From Podarcis vaucheri (lineage: Eukaryota): a stretch of 64,000 bases of DNA. The notes below the pieces were generated by a model. It was not told the DNA's origin. It ran no database searches and was given only the letters and a program-made list of their open reading frames with translations. Positions within the stretch are counted from its first letter, which is position 1; each line of letters begins with the position of its first letter. Shown here piece after piece: positions 52,301 through 63,815 of this stretch. Location of the stretch: the NCBI GenBank assembly GCA_965113315.1, contig OZ220365.1. One strand, written 5' to 3'. The translations under genes and the position numbers were made by a program.

Positions 52301-54934
52301 CTGGCTTCTACCCATAATGGACTTCTGACTTCTGCTCTATGATTGAAACTGAGTCTCCATCTACAAGCTGATAAATTATAAGGATCAACATTATTGTTGA
52401 GTGAAGAAGAGAAGATCTTTGTAATGAATTATTGTGTTATACATATCTATATGAGTTTGAGTTTGTAAGCTCTGTTAGAGTTTGTAATCTCTACCCGAGT
52501 TTGTAATTCTTGTCAGAATACATACTTTTGAATGGATTAGTTTTTGTTACTATTGACTACTGACTTGTGAGTAGGGACCTCTCCCACTATTGAAACTTAC
52601 ATTGGCCTGCGTTCTTGGTGTGCTTTTTTTCTTGGTATATGTACCAGGCCTACCTATGTACAAGGCAACTCCACATGTTTACATAAGTGCACTCAAGATA
52701 TTCTTGAAATTCCTGATGCTCAGAAGCCAATAATTAACCCTTTTATAGATTCCCTGTGACGTGTAGCTAGTTGGTTTTTTAAAACTGTATTCAGTATTTG
52801 AGCTAAGTGTTCATTGTGGCAATAATCAGATGTACAGAAGCTTGCATGAAATGTGTTTTGTTCCATTAAGCCAAACCTGAGAGCGTTAAACTTCTCCACT
52901 GAGCCTAGTACACTTTGAATCCAAGTCAATCTGGCATATTTTCCACAAATCAGCTATTCCTAATCCCCTAAAGGCAGTAATTACCCCCTCAGCATCCTCA
53001 GAAGTGGGATTTATTTAAGTTTCACAGCTCCGTCCTATAAGCCTCTATGCAGGGCTTGAACGCTGATAGATCTTTGCTTATTGCCCAATCCCAACCCCAG
53101 TGTCAATGTAGGAACTAGCCAAGCCCCCCAAATTTCAGCTTCAAAACATAGCATCTGACTGACCAGCGATTAAGTGCACAGGGTGGTAGGTCTCCTTGAT
53201 GAAGGTTCAGAAAGGTGCCTTTTCCCCCTTGCCAAGGATTATGTGCTGTTTTACCTGCAGCAGTTTAAAGCAGAGTTTGTGCTACTGCAGATAAAATAGA
53301 CTCACAGGATCAGTCTGCACCTTGATAGTCTCTTATTTTTAGAAAGAAAAAATGCCAAGCTAAAAAAAACACCCTTTCCTGACATTAACTTTTCTAATAC
53401 TACATATATTTGAATCCTAGGTAGAACAGATGGTGAAATATAATGTATCCGCTGGGAGCTAAATGGAATTTACCAGCTGTAGGGGACAGTAAAGTATTAG
53501 AAGGAAAGGTACAAATAGTGAAAGTAGATTCGGTTCAACTTGCTTTTGATGAGGCATAAAATAAAATGTAAATAATTCCTGTTCAGAAGAAATTAGCATA
53601 ATGGTTTTGGCATTTGCAACAAGAATAAGCCTGCGTTTTCTAACCTAGATTTGCAAACGAAGGAGAAGTCACACCATTTACCTGGATTTGCAGGAAGGAT
53701 TATATCAATTCTATTATCACTGACAGTAATGAAACACAGCGCTGAGGCCATTAGCATTGTGCACAATAAAGAGGGTGTGATTAGTCTCAACTTGGATTTG
53801 CAATGCAAAAAAATTAAAAGAAAATGCCACGAAGCTGGATATGAGCAAAGGAAAAAGCAAGTGCTATTAACCCGAGCTTCCACCACGGAAAAAGTGTCAA
53901 TATTACAAACAGGTTTGCAATTAAATCAGTGTCAATGGAGCCGACAAAAGAAGTTCATAATTAGGAAGATGTAGTTATCATTGACCTGGATTTTCCACAA
54001 AGACCATAACTAGGTTTTAATTTCAAAACATCTGATCTCTGCATCTCACAAAGGAAGGCCTCATTGTTATTAGCCCTTCATGATTAGAGAATGCTATTAT
54101 GATGCCAGAGACGACTATTGCAAATGGGTAGGTGGGCACAATGAAGCCACATGCTAAATGTGAAAATTGAACTTTATGTTAAGTTTCACACAGTGCAAAC
54201 CTAACCTCAGACCAACACGACCATTTCTGGGAGTCTTGGTGCATGAAATTTGAAAACAGTGTTTGCTTTTTACCTTTTACAACCTGATCTTGCACAGCAC
54301 TTTTAGCTCGACTGTAACAACATGTCCCCTCCCCAAGGCAAGATGTCCATTGCCACAGCCACTCAGCAAGCGTGTCTTTAGAGTGTATCTCCCCCCCTCC
54401 CCCCCGCGCAAAGAGTGGCCTAGCTGTGGACTGATCTGACCAGGAGGAAATTGTTAACCTGGACCCCACCATCAAATACCCTTCTGGGAATTGTGGGGCC
54501 TTTCTATTGTCACACTGCAGTCAGCTCTGCAAGAGGGTGCCAGGACTGGGTGCAGGCGTTGATGGCACTGCATACTTGGTCACTAGGGTCACGCTGGCAA
54601 AAAGAGGCCTCTATCAACAGTCCTCCGGCACTTTGGCCAGCGATAAAAGAATAACCTATAATTCTAATCAGAACACAATATGGATCCAAGCCAAATGTCT
54701 GCCTATGGTATTTTGATGCCACCTGGGAAATTTCCTTTTCTAAATCATCCTAATTGGGTTTTGTGTTTTTGCCACACCCCTCTAAGTCAAAAGTAGACAC
54801 GGGGGGTGGGGGAGGCATATTTATCAACCTAGTTTTCAAGGGAGCATGGACACATAGAACTTGTATCAAGTATTCAAAAGCAAAAAACCAAGACACACAA
54901 AACAGCTCACTACTAGATTTAGGATTGATCATGA

Positions 54935-55279
54935 GGGACGCAGGTGGCGCTATGGGTTAAACCACAGAGCCTAGGACATGCCGATCAGAAGGTCGGTGGT
55001 TCGAATCCCCGTGACGGGGTGAGCTCCCGTTGCTCGGTCCCAGCTCCTGCCAACCTAGCAGTTCAAAAGCACGTCAAAGTGCAAGTAGATAAATAGGTAC
55101 CACTCTGGCGGGAAGGTAAACAGTGTTTCCGTGTGCTGCTCTGGTTCGCCAGAAACAGCTTTGTCATGCTGGCCCGGAAGCTGTACACCGGCTCCCTCGG
55201 CCAATAAAGCGAGATGAACACCACAACCCCAGAGTCGGCCACAACTGGACCTAATGGTCATGGGTCCCTGTACCTTTAC
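54935..55279 (+). mobile_element. Sauria SINE
   Basis: Head GGGACGCAGGTGGCGC, B-box GGTTCGAATCC, ACCTTT tail. Confidence 0.93.
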
Positions 55280-55677
55280 ACTGAAATACTAAAATAGTGG
55301 TGTGGGGGGGGGAGAGACACCAAAATAACCCCATAACGCCATAGCATATAACGTTTAAGGATTTGGGGGTGGGGTGGAGGGAATTGTTAACTAAATGGGA
55401 GGGGGGGCATGGAATGGGTAGGTCACTATTTCTCAGTGTCTCCAGGGACAGAAGAGAGAGCTGCCATAGAAAGCCATGGAGAAACTGACACTTCGCCAAT
55501 GGAGAGAGAGAAAACCTAAAGCAGCCCAATGAGGACTGTGCATGTCCAATGAGCACAGAATGCTGACTTGGAAGGTGGAGGGAAACCAAGGGGAGGGCTG
55601 ATGAAATGGAGAAACACTCAACACAGCAACATTTTCCTTTAGGGTCTCACTTGTCTTAGTAGAATTTACCAGCTTAC

Positions 55678-55773
55678 CTTTTTCTTCCCCTTTGTTTTCC
55701 TGATTAGTTCTATCTACCTCAGGCGCCTGTGGTTTCTCTTCTTGTATGGTCTCTTCCTGGGTTATCAAAGTCT
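55678..55773 (-). CDS. Internal exon of an unidentified Glu/Gln-rich protein (ETLITQEETIQEEKPQAPEVDRTNQENKGEEK)
   Basis: gtttcgttctgttcag| acceptor, AAG|gtaagc donor, 96 nt, symmetric phase 1, open frame, purine-rich. Confidence 0.65.
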
Positions 55774-55837
55774 CTGAACAGAACGAAACACAGAGAATAC
55801 AGACCATAATAAACGCAAAGAGACTACTAGTCAAGTC

Positions 55838-55922
55838 ATTTTATATTCTGTTGGAAGCCGCCCAGAGTGGCTGGGGAAACCCAGCCAGATGGACAGGGTA
55901 TAAATAATAAAATATTATTATC
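55838..55922 (+). mobile_element. L2 3'-terminal fragment
   Basis: TGTTGGAAGCCGCCCAGAGTGGCTGGGGAAACCCAGCCAGATGG plus an AT-rich tail. Confidence 0.8.
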
Positions 55923-56462
55923 GAAAATGATATATATGCCCACCATGTAGTTCTTGTTTAACTTAGGCAGCAGTTTTTCAACGGACATTGTCAGTCTAAT
56001 GAATTCAAGAGAAGCCTCAGTGAAATAAAGCTAACATATTGAACATAAACTGTGAAAGTAAGTCACATTGAAACTGATGACTTGAGTTTTTAATGCAAGT
56101 TCTTCAAGATCATTGTTTAGTTAGGCTGAGAAATATTCCAGGAGAAAAATATTTAATTTCAAGGTAACTAGCATATAACATGATATGTGAGAATAAAGAA
56201 ATGGCAGAGTAAGGGCCAAATCATCTAGCACAAAGCTGTAACAACATTCATAGGTTTAGCAAGAAGAATACATCCGCTTTCAAGACTTCCACTTAGATGT
56301 CATCGGGATATTAATTATTTCCTGTTCTCATTCGGTACCAGACAACTGAAGAAACAGATGTTTGTTGCAAAAATGTTGTTAAAATGTTGTTTAAAATGTA
56401 GCCTTTATCATTTTGGAATGTTTTTTCCTGTCCTGCTCACATTCTTAAAGTACAGAAAGTAC

Positions 56463-56537
56463 CTTCTGCTTCCATGTAGGAGACTTGAGATTCTGTCTGA
56501 GTGTTCATTTCAACCTCTGTGGATTCCTCTTGGTGTC
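56463..56537 (-). CDS. Internal exon of the same protein (GHQEESTEVEMNTQTESQVSYMEAE)
   Basis: tgtcaacag| acceptor (weak pyrimidine tract), AAG|gtactt donor, 75 nt, symmetric phase 1, acidic. Confidence 0.55.
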
Positions 56538-57115
56538 CTGTTGACATCATAACGATTGGAAGATTATACCAATATGATACTCAAGAGCGCATACAATTTA
56601 TAATCAAAACTAATCATAAAAACAGAAAAGAAATGGAATGGCATACTACTTATCAGAACATATCTAAGTGAAATTCAGAATTTCTGTGATTGAGAATAAT
56701 GATCATATTGAATGATGCCAAGTTCCAATCAGCTATAAAAAATAATAATATCTAAAATTCTCCAGTAAAGAATTCATTCTATTAAGCAGTAATGAATAAA
56801 TGACACTTGCATTATTAAAAAATAAAGAAAACTACAGTCATTATCTTCTCAAGACTCAATGAGGTTACGTTATGACCTTGGATCAATATTGTTATAACAA
56901 TTTAACTGGAAGGCCTGTTTCTTTTTTGCTTACATTAGAGATTATGCTACTCAAATTGAATGGTTGCAGCAGCTATTCATTGAAGTTTATGGATGTTTCC
57001 CCGAGGCATCAATAACCATGTGAGGGAAAACTTGACTTTTATAGCTATGAAAACTTCTATGGTCCCATCTGATCAATTACTAGGATTCTGGGGAATATTT
57101 TGATCGAAACCATAC

Positions 57116-57193
57116 CGTCAGCTTGATCTTGTTCACAGACTGCATGAGGCATTGGGTTATGTTCTTGTGTAGCTTTGGCATCTTGGGAGGATT
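57116..57193 (-). CDS. Internal exon of the same protein (ESSQDAKATQEHNPMPHAVCEQDQAD)
   Basis: ttttatttttattag| acceptor, ACG|gtatgg donor, 78 nt, symmetric phase 1. Confidence 0.6.
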
Positions 57194-59278
57194 CTAATAA
57201 AAATAAAATAAATAAAACTGAAGTGGATTCTCTGTTGAACAAGCTTTAAACCGAGCTTCTGATGAATCCAAAGGTCAACACAGCCTCCTCCCCACACAAG
57301 TTCACACATGCTTCTTACCCCAACTGAGCACATGGGGATGTCTAACTCTCCTGGTGCATTAATATCCTATTGCACCTCCTTGCTGCCCAGTGAATTGGTG
57401 ATAGGAACAAATTTGGAGTGTACAGGTTGGTTGGTTGGTTGGTTCTGCAGTCTTTTTAGATATTTCCAGCACTTATTGGATCGCAGGGGGAAGAAGTGCA
57501 TGATGGGATCTCAGCAATCCCATCATGCCAATCTCCTCCAGTTAGCTGTTGCTGACAACATCTGAGCAGTGTGCCGATCAATCAGCTGCTTCCAGTGCAA
57601 ATAAACTGGGCAGTGCAGGTCCGCAGGTATATCAAACTCAGAAACGTCACTTTCATAAACTTGTGGTTTATGAAATTTTATCCAGTGGTGGGCAGCGGGC
57701 CAAAGAATCAGCGTCCTAAACCTGCCAAAAACGATCAATGCGGGATATGTGAGAAACCTGGGTGGTTAACATCTGATCCAAATTTAATAATCTGTAAAGC
57801 AGGTATGCATTGAAAGTTTGTGATTTTAATTAACTGCAAATAATTCCCCAAGGCAAATATTTAATTACCTACACAGCTTCTTTGCAATAAGTTTACAAAG
57901 TCAACTTTTGAAGTAGAACTGTTATGTATACACATTTTTCAAATTATCTATGTTAAAGCTCCTCAAACTAATCCACTGCGTTTTATTAATCTTATTCAGA
58001 ATTCTAAATGGTTTCTGCTAATACTATCAAAATAATAGAGAGAGGGAAAGAGAGATTTCAGAATTAAATCACGGAAGCAAGGGGGGGGGGACCGAAAGGC
58101 TGTCCAGGCAGTCTAAACAATCCAGACAACAGTCTGCTAAAAGCAGCGAGCAGGTGTACTGCAGAAAGTTGCCTGCTGAGAAAATAACTCCAGAGTATTG
58201 AAGCAAGCAAAATCAAAGGAAAGGAGAAAAGAAAAGGAATCGGACGCACCATAAATTTTAGCTGATAAGATAATGTTTTACCAATATGTAATCAATTCAT
58301 GAATTAGACATTGGTGAAAAAGTTGAGAATAATTTTGGCAGCTAGAATAGACATTTATTTACGCCTTGATCCCAAACCTATTGGTAGAAAGTTGCACCAA
58401 TTCAAAGCACCAGTTCAGCTACTGAGTGGCAGATGCAACCTTTTAATATGATCCATGTTCTATGTTGTTTTAATTTAGTGTTGATAAAATAATTGTGTTT
58501 AGAAACTACCTCTATATCTTTTGATATAAATACATTGCATACATACACAAAAGGTAAAAAGGTAAAAGGACCCCTGGATGGTTAAGTCCAGTCAAAGGAG
58601 ACTATGGGGTCCGGCTGAGATACATATAGGACCTGGATAAAAAAATCCCACGCAACTACTTTTGCATGAAGGCTTGCTTTTCTCACTCCCTGTGTCTCAT
58701 GGCAAGTTTCGTCTTGAAATGATGAAGAACGTCTAAAGCAGTTTGTGATAAGACATGTGGGTTTGCTCTTCAAAGGAGAAATGTTAAAACGCACAGAGAG
58801 TGCATGTCAAGTAGCACTATGGATCACAGCTATGGATTTCGTAGTAATATTTAGAGTGCAAACATTCTTCTTCAGATTCAAAAATGTCAGCAACCTGCCT
58901 GAATTCCGGCGGAAAAATATTCAGCTTTCACATCCTCATGCTGTCTTTTGCAGTATAGTATGTGAATTATTTCCAGCAACTGACACTTTCCCATTTTGGA
59001 CAGCTTAGAATTGAACAATGTTCATTAGATGGTCCATGACTTGTAATCAGTCACAATTAGAACTCAAGACAGCAGGGTAACTGTGGCAGGGCACATGCTT
59101 TCAGTGCATGAAATCCCATGCATTCTCTCTCTCTCTCTCTCAGAGAGAAGCAGGTGATTATGAAGACCTCACTCTGCTAAAACACTAGGCAGCTGCAGCT
59201 AGTCAGAGTAGACAATACTGCACTAGATCAATATTCTGACCTATCAACATTAATTAGATCATACTATGTGCTATTGGG

Positions 59279-59644
59279 GGGGACGCGGGTGGCGCTGTGG
59301 GCTAAAGCCTCAGTGCCTAGGGCTTGCCGATCGAAAGGTCGGCGGTTCGAATCCCCGCGGCGGGGTGCGCTCCCGTTGCTCGGTCCCAGCGCCTGCCCAC
59401 CTAGCAGTTCGAAAGCTCCCCCGGGGGCAAGTAGATAAATAGGTACCGCTTACCAGCGGGAAGGTAAACGGCGTTCCGTGTGCGGCTCTGGCTCGCCAGA
59501 GCAGCGTTGTCACGCTGGCCACGTGACCCGGAAGTGTCTTCGGACAGCGCTGGCCCCCGGCCAATAGATGTGAGATGGGCGCACAAACCCCAGAGTCTGT
59601 CAAGACTGGCCCGTTCGGGCAGGGGTACCTTTACCTTTACCTTT
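59279..59644 (+). mobile_element. Sauria SINE (CpG-rich variant subfamily)
   Basis: Head, B-box, GGGCAGGGGTACCTTTACC tail; flanked by TATGTGCTATTG. Confidence 0.93.
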
Positions 59645-59655
59645 TATGTGCTATT

Positions 59656-60011
59656 GGGACGCAGGTGGCGCTGTGGGTTAAACCACAGAGCCTAGGACTT
59701 GCCGATCAGAAGGTCGGCGGTTTGAATCCCTGCGACAGGATGAGCTCCAATTGCTCAGTCCCAGCTCCTGCCAACCTAGCAGTTCGAAAGCAAGTCAAGT
59801 GCAAGTAGATAAATAGGTACCGCTCCGGCGGGAAGGTAAACAGCGTTTCCGTGCGCTGCTCTGGTTTGCCGGAAGCGGCTTAGTCATGCTGGCCACATGA
59901 CCCGGAAGCTGTACGCCGGCTCCCTCAGCCAATAAAGCGAGATGAGCACCACAACCCCAGAGTCGGTCACAACTGGACCTAATGGTCAGGAGTCCCTTTA
60001 CCTTTACCTTT
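59656..60011 (+). mobile_element. Sauria SINE, main subfamily, tandem with the previous copy
   Basis: Full length; flanked by ATGTGCTATTG. Confidence 0.93.
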
Positions 60012-60744
60012 CATGTGCTATTGCTCATTGTAAGTACGTATCAGTGACTAGATTCCATTCAGTCATGATCTTAAGTCCACAACAGGCGAAATACTGAGAT
60101 GCAGGAGTCATATGTTGCAAATTAACCCCATAACTAGAAAAACTGGACGACTATAGCCAACATGCAGCTTGAGATATTGCACATAAAGCAGTTAACACTC
60201 ATGAACAGAGCCAACTAAACCCTACCTATTGGCAGGTTGTGAGAATACCCCTTTCACAGAACTTTGCTACTCCTATATTAGGGAAGACAGACTACATTTA
60301 TCTCTGCGATTCCAGAATGTAAGCCTTGTTTGCTGCTATCTACACAGAACTGAGCTACAGTCATGGGAAAAAGAAAGTACACCCTCTTGGAATTTTGTGG
60401 TTTTACATAGGAAGACATAATAACAATCATCTGTTCCTTAGCAGGTCTTCAAATCAGGGATATACAACCCCAGATGAACAACAACATATGACATATTACA
60501 CCGTCTCATGACGTATTTAACAGAAATAAGGCCAAAATGGAAAGTCCAAGTGTGAAGAACTAAGTGCACCTTATGATTCAATAGCTTGTAGAATCACCTT
60601 TAGCAGCAATAACTTGAAGTAGTTGTTTTCTGTAGGACTTTATATGTCTCCCACATTGTTGTGGATGAATTTTGGCCCATTCTTCTTTACAATGTTGCTT
60701 CACATTCAGGTAGGTAGCCGTGCTGGACTGATACAGTCGAAATA

Positions 60745-61155
60745 CAGTGGTACCTCGGATTAAGTACTTAATTCGTCTCGGAGGTCTGTTCTTAACCTGA
60801 AAATGTTCTTAACCTGAAGCACCACTTTAGGTTAAAAGATGAGCGCCTCAACCCCAGAGTCGGTCACGACTGGACCTAATGGTCAGGGGTACCTTTACCT
60901 TTACCTCGGGTTAAGAACTTAATTCATTCCAGAGGTCCGTTCTTAACCTGAAACTGTTCTTAACCTGAAACTGTTCTTAACCTGAAGCACCAACTTTAGC
61001 TAATGGGGCCTCCTGCTGCCACCACGCCGCTGCCGCACGATTTCTGTTCTCATCCTGAAGCAAAGTTCTTAACCCGAGGTAATATTTCTGGGTTAGCGGA
61101 GTCTGTAACCTGAAGCGTATGTAACCTGAAGCGTCTGTAACCCGAGGTACCACTG
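60745..61155. mobile_element. Tigger-type MITE family A with a duplicated end and an internal SINE 3' fragment (60838-60901)
   Basis: Outer TIRs with TA TSD; terminal ~85 bp present twice around the SINE tail fragment. Confidence 0.85.
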
Positions 61156-61254
61156 TATAGAAAAAAATATAAAAAATGCCCAGTAGCACCTTAGAGACCA
61201 ACTAAGTTTTTTCTTGGTATAAGCTTTCATGTGCAGACGCGGCAGATGCGGCTG

Positions 61255-61617
61255 GGGACGCGGGTGGCACTGTGGGTAAAACCTCAGTGCCTAGGACTTG
61301 CCGATCATATGGTCGGCGGTTCAAATCCCCACGGCGGGGTGAGCTCCCGTCTTTCGGTCCCAGCTCCTGCCCACCTAGCAGTTCGAAAGCACCCCTAAGT
61401 GCAAGTAGATAAATAGGTACCGCTTTATAGTGGGAAGGTAAATGGTGTTTCCGTGTGCTGCGCTGGTGCTGGCTCGCCAGAGCAGCTTCGTCACGCTGGC
61501 CACGTGACCCGGAAGTGTCTCCAGACAGCGCTGGCTCCCGGTCTCTTAAGTGAGATGAGCGCACAACCCTAGAGTCAGACATGACTGGCCCGTACGGGCA
61601 GGGGTACCTTTACCTTT
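61255..61617 (+). mobile_element. Sauria SINE, second subfamily
   Basis: Highly similar to the reverse complement of 19745-20107. Confidence 0.93.
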
Positions 61618-61838
61618 AAGATGCTACTGGACAACTTCTTAATTTTTTAATGTTGCTTCAGTTCATTGAGGTTTGCTGGCATCTGTTTATGCACAGCTCT
61701 CTGAAATGCACAGCATTTCACTTGGGTTGAGGTATGGACTTTGCCATTGCAGCACCTTGATTCTGTTCTTTTTCAGCCATCTTGACCTGCTTACGAACTA
61801 GTACTAGCAGATATGTTCAACCATCACAACCTTTATGG

Positions 61839-61973
61839 CAGGCATAGGCAAACTTGGCCTTCCACATGTTTTGGGACTACAATTCCCATCACCCCTGACC
61901 ACTGGTCCTATTAGCTAGGGATGATGGAAGTTGTAGTCCCAAAACATCTGGAGGGCCTATTTGCCTATGCTTG
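61839..61973. mobile_element. Palindromic hAT MITE
   Basis: CAGGCATAGGCAAA / TTTGCCTATGCTTG; 8-bp TSD CTTTATGG. Confidence 0.9.
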
Positions 61974-63107
61974 CTTTATGGTCTTGTAGGTGTCAGGTGA
62001 AAACCTTTCTTTTAAATAACATACAATTTACAGACTGACCCTTTCAGTGATATATGTGTTTTATTTTTTGCAAGCATCTAATAAAATTCCTTTTATGGGG
62101 TGGCTATATAAATGCAGTTAAAAAAATAATAAATAAACAATACCCTTACTCTTCCTAATGACCATATTCTTTCCCCCTTTTTAGTTTACTTCATACTTAT
62201 ACACATTAGTGAGAGAATTAGTTTAATTTTTTTCCTGGTCTGTGTGTGATGCATTGCAAATCACTAACATGGGGTAATTCTTTGTAAGGGCTACTAGTCC
62301 TGAGATAATTACACTGAATGTTATAAATAAGTGTAATATAATAGCATTCTAAGCCACAATAGAAGATTCTCAATTTTATTTTACATATATACTGTGTCTG
62401 AAAGAAACTTTGGAGAGCCAAGGCAATGTTATTTAAGCTTCCAAGAGTGCTATTACATTGCTATGCAGATTTTGACTTTCAAAATTGTTAAGGTCAAGAC
62501 TATATTGAAGACTCTCCTCCTCCTCGAATGCAAATATTAAATCAAATATTCAAGCCTAAGGGCCCAAGGATAGATTTACTTTTAAGATTAACAGGAATAA
62601 AATAAAGGAAGCTAGTAAACCCACATTCATAAAGAAAATCCAGTTAATGGAAAATGTATGACAAGTGTAAAAAAGATTAGCTTCAATATATATCATGAAA
62701 AGGGACTCTTATAGCTGATGCGAGGTAAGGTCTTCAGCCTCTTCCAGCAGGGGCCAAAAACAGTAGCAGAAGATGGAATACAGCCAGTGGGTGTTATCTA
62801 TAAAATACATACATATATACATACATTTCATAAAATTTTCACACTGCTTGATTGCAAAATAAACCCCTTAAAGCAGTATACAAGAAAAGCATTAATAAAA
62901 AGTATTGTTGACAAGGTCTCACTCCTGTCAGTAAACTTATAGTGTAGATGTTATTTCTAAAGGAAATTATTTATTTCTTTGTATTGCCGTGCCACAGAGA
63001 ACCAAAGTTATCTGGGAAGTGATGATGGCATGGTGCTCCATCCTGGCTCTTGAAAAATGCATTTGTTCATCATGAGCGTCCAGGTTGCAACAACTCTGCC
63101 CCTAGAA

Positions 63108-63366
63108 CAGGGGTCAGCAAACTTTTTCAGCAGGGGGTCAGTCCACTGTCCCTCAAACCTTGTGGGCGGCTGGACTATATATATATATTTTTTTTGGGGG
63201 GGGTGAACGAATTCCTAGGCCCCACAAATATCCCAGAAATGCATTTTAAATAAAACAACACATTCTACTCATGTAAAAACACGCTGATTCCCGGACCATC
63301 CGTGGGCCAGATTTAGAAGGCGATTGGGCTGGATCCGGCCCCCTGTCCTTAGTTTGCCTACCCATG
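63108..63366. mobile_element. hAT (Charlie-like) MITE
   Basis: CAGGGGTCAGCAAACT / AGTTTGCCTACCCATG imperfect TIR; 8-bp TSD CCCTAGAA. Confidence 0.88.
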
Positions 63367-63751
63367 CCCTAGAATTACACAACAGCTCTCTTATATTTAC
63401 AGTATCCCACTGCTCCTGGAAGGAGGAGGAGGAGGGGGTTAATCTGTTGCAAACTTGGTTTTAACAGTGTTACAGATTGGTAGGTTTTCTATCCTGAAAG
63501 GCGGGAGTTAGGCATTTGCAATAAATATTTGCTCAAAATCCTTTCCAAGAGGACAAACGTGTGAGCCAATTGTGGGGCATCTCTCCCTCCTTTCCCCTAA
63601 GGTCTAGAGTAGTAGATGTGGTTCTCTTCCCCGCACCAATAAGGCTTAAAAGAACCCTCCGGGAATAGGTTAGACAGAAAAAGACTGTCTCAAGGCCTCC
63701 TAGCAATCTTCCTGGCCAAGTGGCTTCCCTAAGTCTCACATTGCCTCATAC

Positions 63752-63815
63752 CAAAATATGCAGCAAAGATCCTTAAGGAGCATGAGGAGGAGGACTTCCG
63801 GAGGCGCGCCGCCAT
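63752..63815 (-). CDS. Candidate first coding exon (MAARLRKSSSSCSLRIFAAYF, ends in phase 1)
   Basis: gccaATGGCGGCG start inside the CpG island, TTG|gtatga donor, phase 1 compatible with the downstream phase-1 exons. Confidence 0.35.

Larger units (their letters stand above)
60703..61648. mobile_element. Penelope-like fragment inserted in Tc1
   Basis: 12-bp TSD AATGTTGCTTCA (60691-60702, 61649-61660); GGTAGCCGTG..., GTAGCACCTTAGAGACCAAC...AAGCTTTC and TAAGATGCTACTGGAC resemble reptilian Penelope terminal repeats. Confidence 0.6.
60358..61781 (-). mobile_element. Tc1 transposon relic (right TIR plus transposase C-terminus), interrupted
   Basis: TA|CAGTCATGGGAAAAAGAAAGTACACCCT terminus; minus-strand WLKKNRIKVLQWQSPYLNPSEML..RAVHKQMPANLNELKQH|CKEEWAKIHPQQCGRHIKSYRKQLLQVIAAKGDSTSY* (decayed SPDLNPIE motif; stop at 60578-60580). 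Confidence 0.88.

Noticed and set aside
57523-57721. NWRRLA death-domain-like motif, and a signal-peptide-like MKVTFLSLIYL in another frame
   Set aside because: All frames are interrupted by stops and the motifs are too short to support a call.
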